A stretch of 39,624 nt of DNA from a bacterium (GTDB lineage Bacteria; Methylomirabilota; Methylomirabilia; CAVQYV01). A model generated the notes under the pieces. It searched no databases. It was not told where the DNA came from and saw nothing but the letters and a program-made list of their open reading frames with translations. The stretch is taken from contig JAZDMQ010000088.1 in assembly GCA_043800755.1 (NCBI GenBank), positions 1-39,624 on the forward strand, read 5' to 3'. Below, piece after piece: positions 36,940 through 39,624 of the stretch (position 1 is the first letter of the stretch; every line of letters starts with the position of its first letter). The position numbers and the translations under genes were made by a program.

Positions 36940-37937
36940 TATGGCTCCCGTAAACTGCGCGTTTGCTTGATCGCTTCCAGCCAGCGATGAAATGTCGCGA
37001 GGGAGTGCTTACTCGGATCAAGAAGGGGGGTTGACCCTGTGGATGCTCCTTCGTCAGCATCGAGGGTCTGTACCGTTGAGAGCGGCGTCGGCCTTTCCTC
37101 CGCGAAAAGCGAAGGCACATCAGATCTGGCTTTCAGCCCTTCCCCTTCCCCAGACCTCTCGGTTGCGCCTTCTTCTGGTGTTCCCATCACCGCAGTTGGG
37201 GGGACCGGCTCCGGCCTTTCGATCTTCCGCAGCAAGATTGCCTCCTGCAGCCTCTGCTGTATGTGGAAATTATCAGGATCGGCGCTCAGCATCTTGGAAA
37301 AGATCTCCATGGCGCGATCATAAAGGCCTTGATTCAGGTAGAGGTCGGCCACCGTCTCGGTCAAAAATGCGTCCTCTTCTTTGTCCGAGAGTTCCAGGGC
37401 AGCAGCGACGACCGGCTCTTCTCTCCTCTCTTCGGCGGGGGGAGTCGGCCCGGGTGGAGGCGCCGTAAGCTCCGCTGTCTCCACCTCAATCACCGCAGGC
37501 CCCGGTGCTGCCGAGGCCTGCAGGGTCGCCCCTGCCTTCTCCAAAAACCCCTTGGTCTCCCGGTCCAAGGGAGTCAGCTTCAAGACCAGCTGGTATTGCT
37601 CGATGGCCTCATGGACCTTCCCCCCCTTGTACAGGAGCTCTCCCAGCATACGGCGAGCTAACACATTTTCGGGGTCATTCTTAATAGCCTCCAAGAATTC
37701 CTTCTTGGCTTCCTCATCCATGCCCTTTTCCTGATAGGCCCGGGCGAGGACCATCCGGGCACTCGCATAAGTGGGATGGACCTTCAAACCCTCCAGACAG
37801 ACACCAATGGCCTCATCCAAGAGGCCGCTCTTGCGATAGGCATCTGCCAGTTGGGCGAAGACCCTGGATTTAGGGTCCTTTTTCCATCTTTCGTAGTATT
37901 TCTCAACTTCAGGGGGTAGATGCAGTTTTTCAGGCAT
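36939..37937 (-). CDS. Tetratricopeptide repeat protein
   Basis: FAQLADAYRKSG..EAI..C..GL..HP.Y, further TPRs, Pro/Glu linker, TETVADLYLNQG; start likely ATG 37937. Confidence 0.88.
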   Translation of the reverse strand: MPEKLHLPPEVEKYYERWKKDPKSRVFAQLADAYRKSGLLDEAIGVCLEGLKVHPTYASARMVLARAYQEKGMDEEAKKEFLEAIKNDPENVLARRMLGELLYKGGKVHEAIEQYQLVLKLTPLDRETKGFLEKAGATLQASAAPGPAVIEVETAELTAPPPGPTPPAEERREEPVVAAALELSDKEEDAFLTETVADLYLNQGLYDRAMEIFSKMLSADPDNFHIQQRLQEAILLRKIERPEPVPPTAVMGTPEEGATERSGEGEGLKARSDVPSLFAEERPTPLSTVQTLDADEGASTGSTPLLDPSKHSLATFHRWLEAIKQTRSLREP

Positions 37938-39021
37938 AGTCTTTTGACATCTCATGCAGGGCTTTCAGGATGAGTTCTTCCTCAGCCAGTGGGCGGATGA
38001 TAGCATCGCCGATGGCCCTTGTCAAGACAAAATGGGCCTTCTGGTTTCTGGTCTTCTTGTCGTAATAGAGCAATTTTAAAAGTCTTTCCGGCTTCACGGG
38101 GAGGTTGCAGGACAGACCTGCCGCCCTCAGAATCGCACGCTGCCTCGAAGTCTCCTCCGGCCTCCAAAGGCCCAGGGACTCCGAGATCCTACCTGCTGCC
38201 TCCATCCCAATCGCTACCGCTTCGCCATGGCGATATCTACGAAAGCGGGTCGCTGCCTCCAAGGCATGGCCGATCGTGTGACCATAATTGAGGATGGCGC
38301 GCAACCCCTCCTCCTTTTCATCTTGAGCCACGATGGAGGCCTTGATTTGACAGCACCTCTTGATGACAAAGAGGAGGGTCTCGGCGTCGAGGCGCAATAT
38401 GGGATCCAGGTTGCTCTCCAGGAAGGAGAAGAAGGAGGCATCGGAGATGACGCCATATTTGATGACCTCGGCCAGCCCGGCACGAAACTCCCGGTCGGGC
38501 AATGTGTCCAGAAAGGCGATATCAATGAGCACCACCAGGGGTTGATAGAAGGCCCCCACGATGTTTTTTCCGCTTCGATGATTGACGGCCACCTTTCCCC
38601 CCACGCTGCTATCGATCTGGGCCAGCAAGGAGGTGGGAAGCTGGACGAAGGGGACGCCCCGCATGTAGGTGGAGGCGACGAAGCCGGCCAGATCGCCGAT
38701 GAGCCCGCCTCCCAAGGCAAAGATGGGAGATCGGCGATCGGCCCGCCCTTCCATGAGGAAATCATAGAGACGGCTCGCCCATTTCAGGGATTTGTTCTCC
38801 TCGCCCGAGGGGACCAGGAAGAGGAGCGGCGCAAATCCACTCTCACTGAGCGCCGCCAGCACCACTTGGCCATGGAGTTCGTTTACCTGGGGATCAGTGA
38901 CCAGCAGGGCTTTTCTGGATAAGGAAAAGGGGCGAAGGACCTCACCCAATTGAGGAAGGATGTTTTGGCCGATGTAGATCGAATAGCTATTGGCTTTGAG
39001 CTGGACTGGGACAGTCTCCAT
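37930..39021 (-). CDS. aroB: 3-dehydroquinate synthase
   Basis: GEENK, GGGLIGD, PTSLLAQIDSSVGGK, LNYGHTIGHA, HGEAV. Confidence 0.97.
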   Translation of the reverse strand: METVPVQLKANSYSIYIGQNILPQLGEVLRPFSLSRKALLVTDPQVNELHGQVVLAALSESGFAPLLFLVPSGEENKSLKWASRLYDFLMEGRADRRSPIFALGGGLIGDLAGFVASTYMRGVPFVQLPTSLLAQIDSSVGGKVAVNHRSGKNIVGAFYQPLVVLIDIAFLDTLPDREFRAGLAEVIKYGVISDASFFSFLESNLDPILRLDAETLLFVIKRCCQIKASIVAQDEKEEGLRAILNYGHTIGHALEAATRFRRYRHGEAVAIGMEAAGRISESLGLWRPEETSRQRAILRAAGLSCNLPVKPERLLKLLYYDKKTRNQKAHFVLTRAIGDAIIRPLAEEELILKALHEMSKDYA

Positions 39022-39048
39022 GGGGGCGAAGGTCCTGGGCTTGGGAGC

Positions 39049-39624
39049 CTATCGTGGCGTGACGGCGGACCTCTGGAGCAGGTATTTAATCAGGTTGAGC
39101 AGGAAACGATTCGCTTCGGGCCATTGCGAGCCGACTTGGTTCAGGTCGAAGGCGATCCCGAACACCAGCCCACTGCCGGCGCCCCTTTCCGCGATCAGGG
39201 GCTGCCGGTCGAATTTGGAGAATTGAGAAATCAGGGAAGACCCCTCCCCTCGTGCCTGATTATTGAAGGAATCCAGCAAGGGCATCTTCAAGGGATTCAC
39301 ACCCGAGAAAATCGGGTGGCCGGGGTCTAAGGACTCAATCAGGCCCCTTCGGCTGGGCTGCCAATCTCGCGGATAGAGGATCCTAAAGGGCAAGATGCTG
39401 GTCAAATCGGTACTCCCGTAGCCCCCACTCCCATAAGACCTGTTTCCTCCAGTGATCAGCAGGACGCCTCCCCTTTTCACATAATCGACCAACCCCTCCC
39501 GGACCGGTCCTGGGAGGCTGTTATAATCGATGTTGGAAAGAATGACCAAGGGGATCTCTTCCAACTTCTTACCCCCCAATTCCTTCACAAATTGGACGCC
39601 GCAAGCCGCCTCAATCGCTCCTTT
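39049..39624 (-). CDS. Class I glutamine amidotransferase-like (GATase1-like/DUF1355-type) protein, 5' end outside window
   Basis: VILSNI..LVDYVKRGGVLLITGG..SYGSGGY..LTSILP..HPI..PLI..G.G; frame stays open upstream of 39588 to the window edge. Confidence 0.7.
   Translation of the reverse strand, partial: KGAIEAACGVQFVKELGGKKLEEIPLVILSNIDYNSLPGPVREGLVDYVKRGGVLLITGGNRSYGSGGYGSTDLTSILPFRILYPRDWQPSRRGLIESLDPGHPIFSGVNPLKMPLLDSFNNQARGEGSSLISQFSKFDRQPLIAERGAGSGLVFGIAFDLNQVGSQWPEANRFLLNLIKYLLQRSAVTPR

Noticed and set aside
20911..38922. Long plus-strand ORFs (e.g. 20911-21909, 25076-25942, 27984-28958, 38227-38922)
   Set aside because: Antisense shadows of well-supported minus-strand genes.

Overview
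Bacterial chromosomal segment, almost entirely minus-strand. The aroB-TPR-roadblock-aroQ-pepP-efp-accB-accC and ihf-merR-tRNA-Pro-surE-pcm gene orders, plus the Hdr/OFOR content, suggest an anaerobe of the deltaproteobacterial/NC10/Nitrospirota type; the taxon cannot be fixed from the sequence. The left 6 kb is accessory. It holds an IS256-family transposase running off the window edge (missed by the ORF track) that carries two in-frame 27/30-bp palindromic mini-insertions, a 2-oxoacid:ferredoxin oxidoreductase alpha gene with no adjacent beta gene, an internally deleted adenine deaminase relic, and acylphosphatase. It ends with a 1.9-kb decayed integrative element in tRNA-Pro(CGG), with att repeats, arm-type repeats, IHF boxes and a frameshifted tyrosine integrase. 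The main candidate for an undescribed system is at 10.8-19.3 kb: a tightly coupled hdrC-hdrB-hdrA(L-type, with a GltD/NfnB-like NAD(H) module)-mvhD-hdrD-GlcD-like FAD oxidoreductase operon, with no hydrogenase, Fdh or Flx partner in the cluster and with an altered HdrA flavin-site motif. The rest is housekeeping: miaB, orphan oppDF, aminotransferase, coaD, rsmD, rpmB, rel, tsaC, a CDF transporter, livKHMGF, accCB, efp, pepP, aroQ and aroB.
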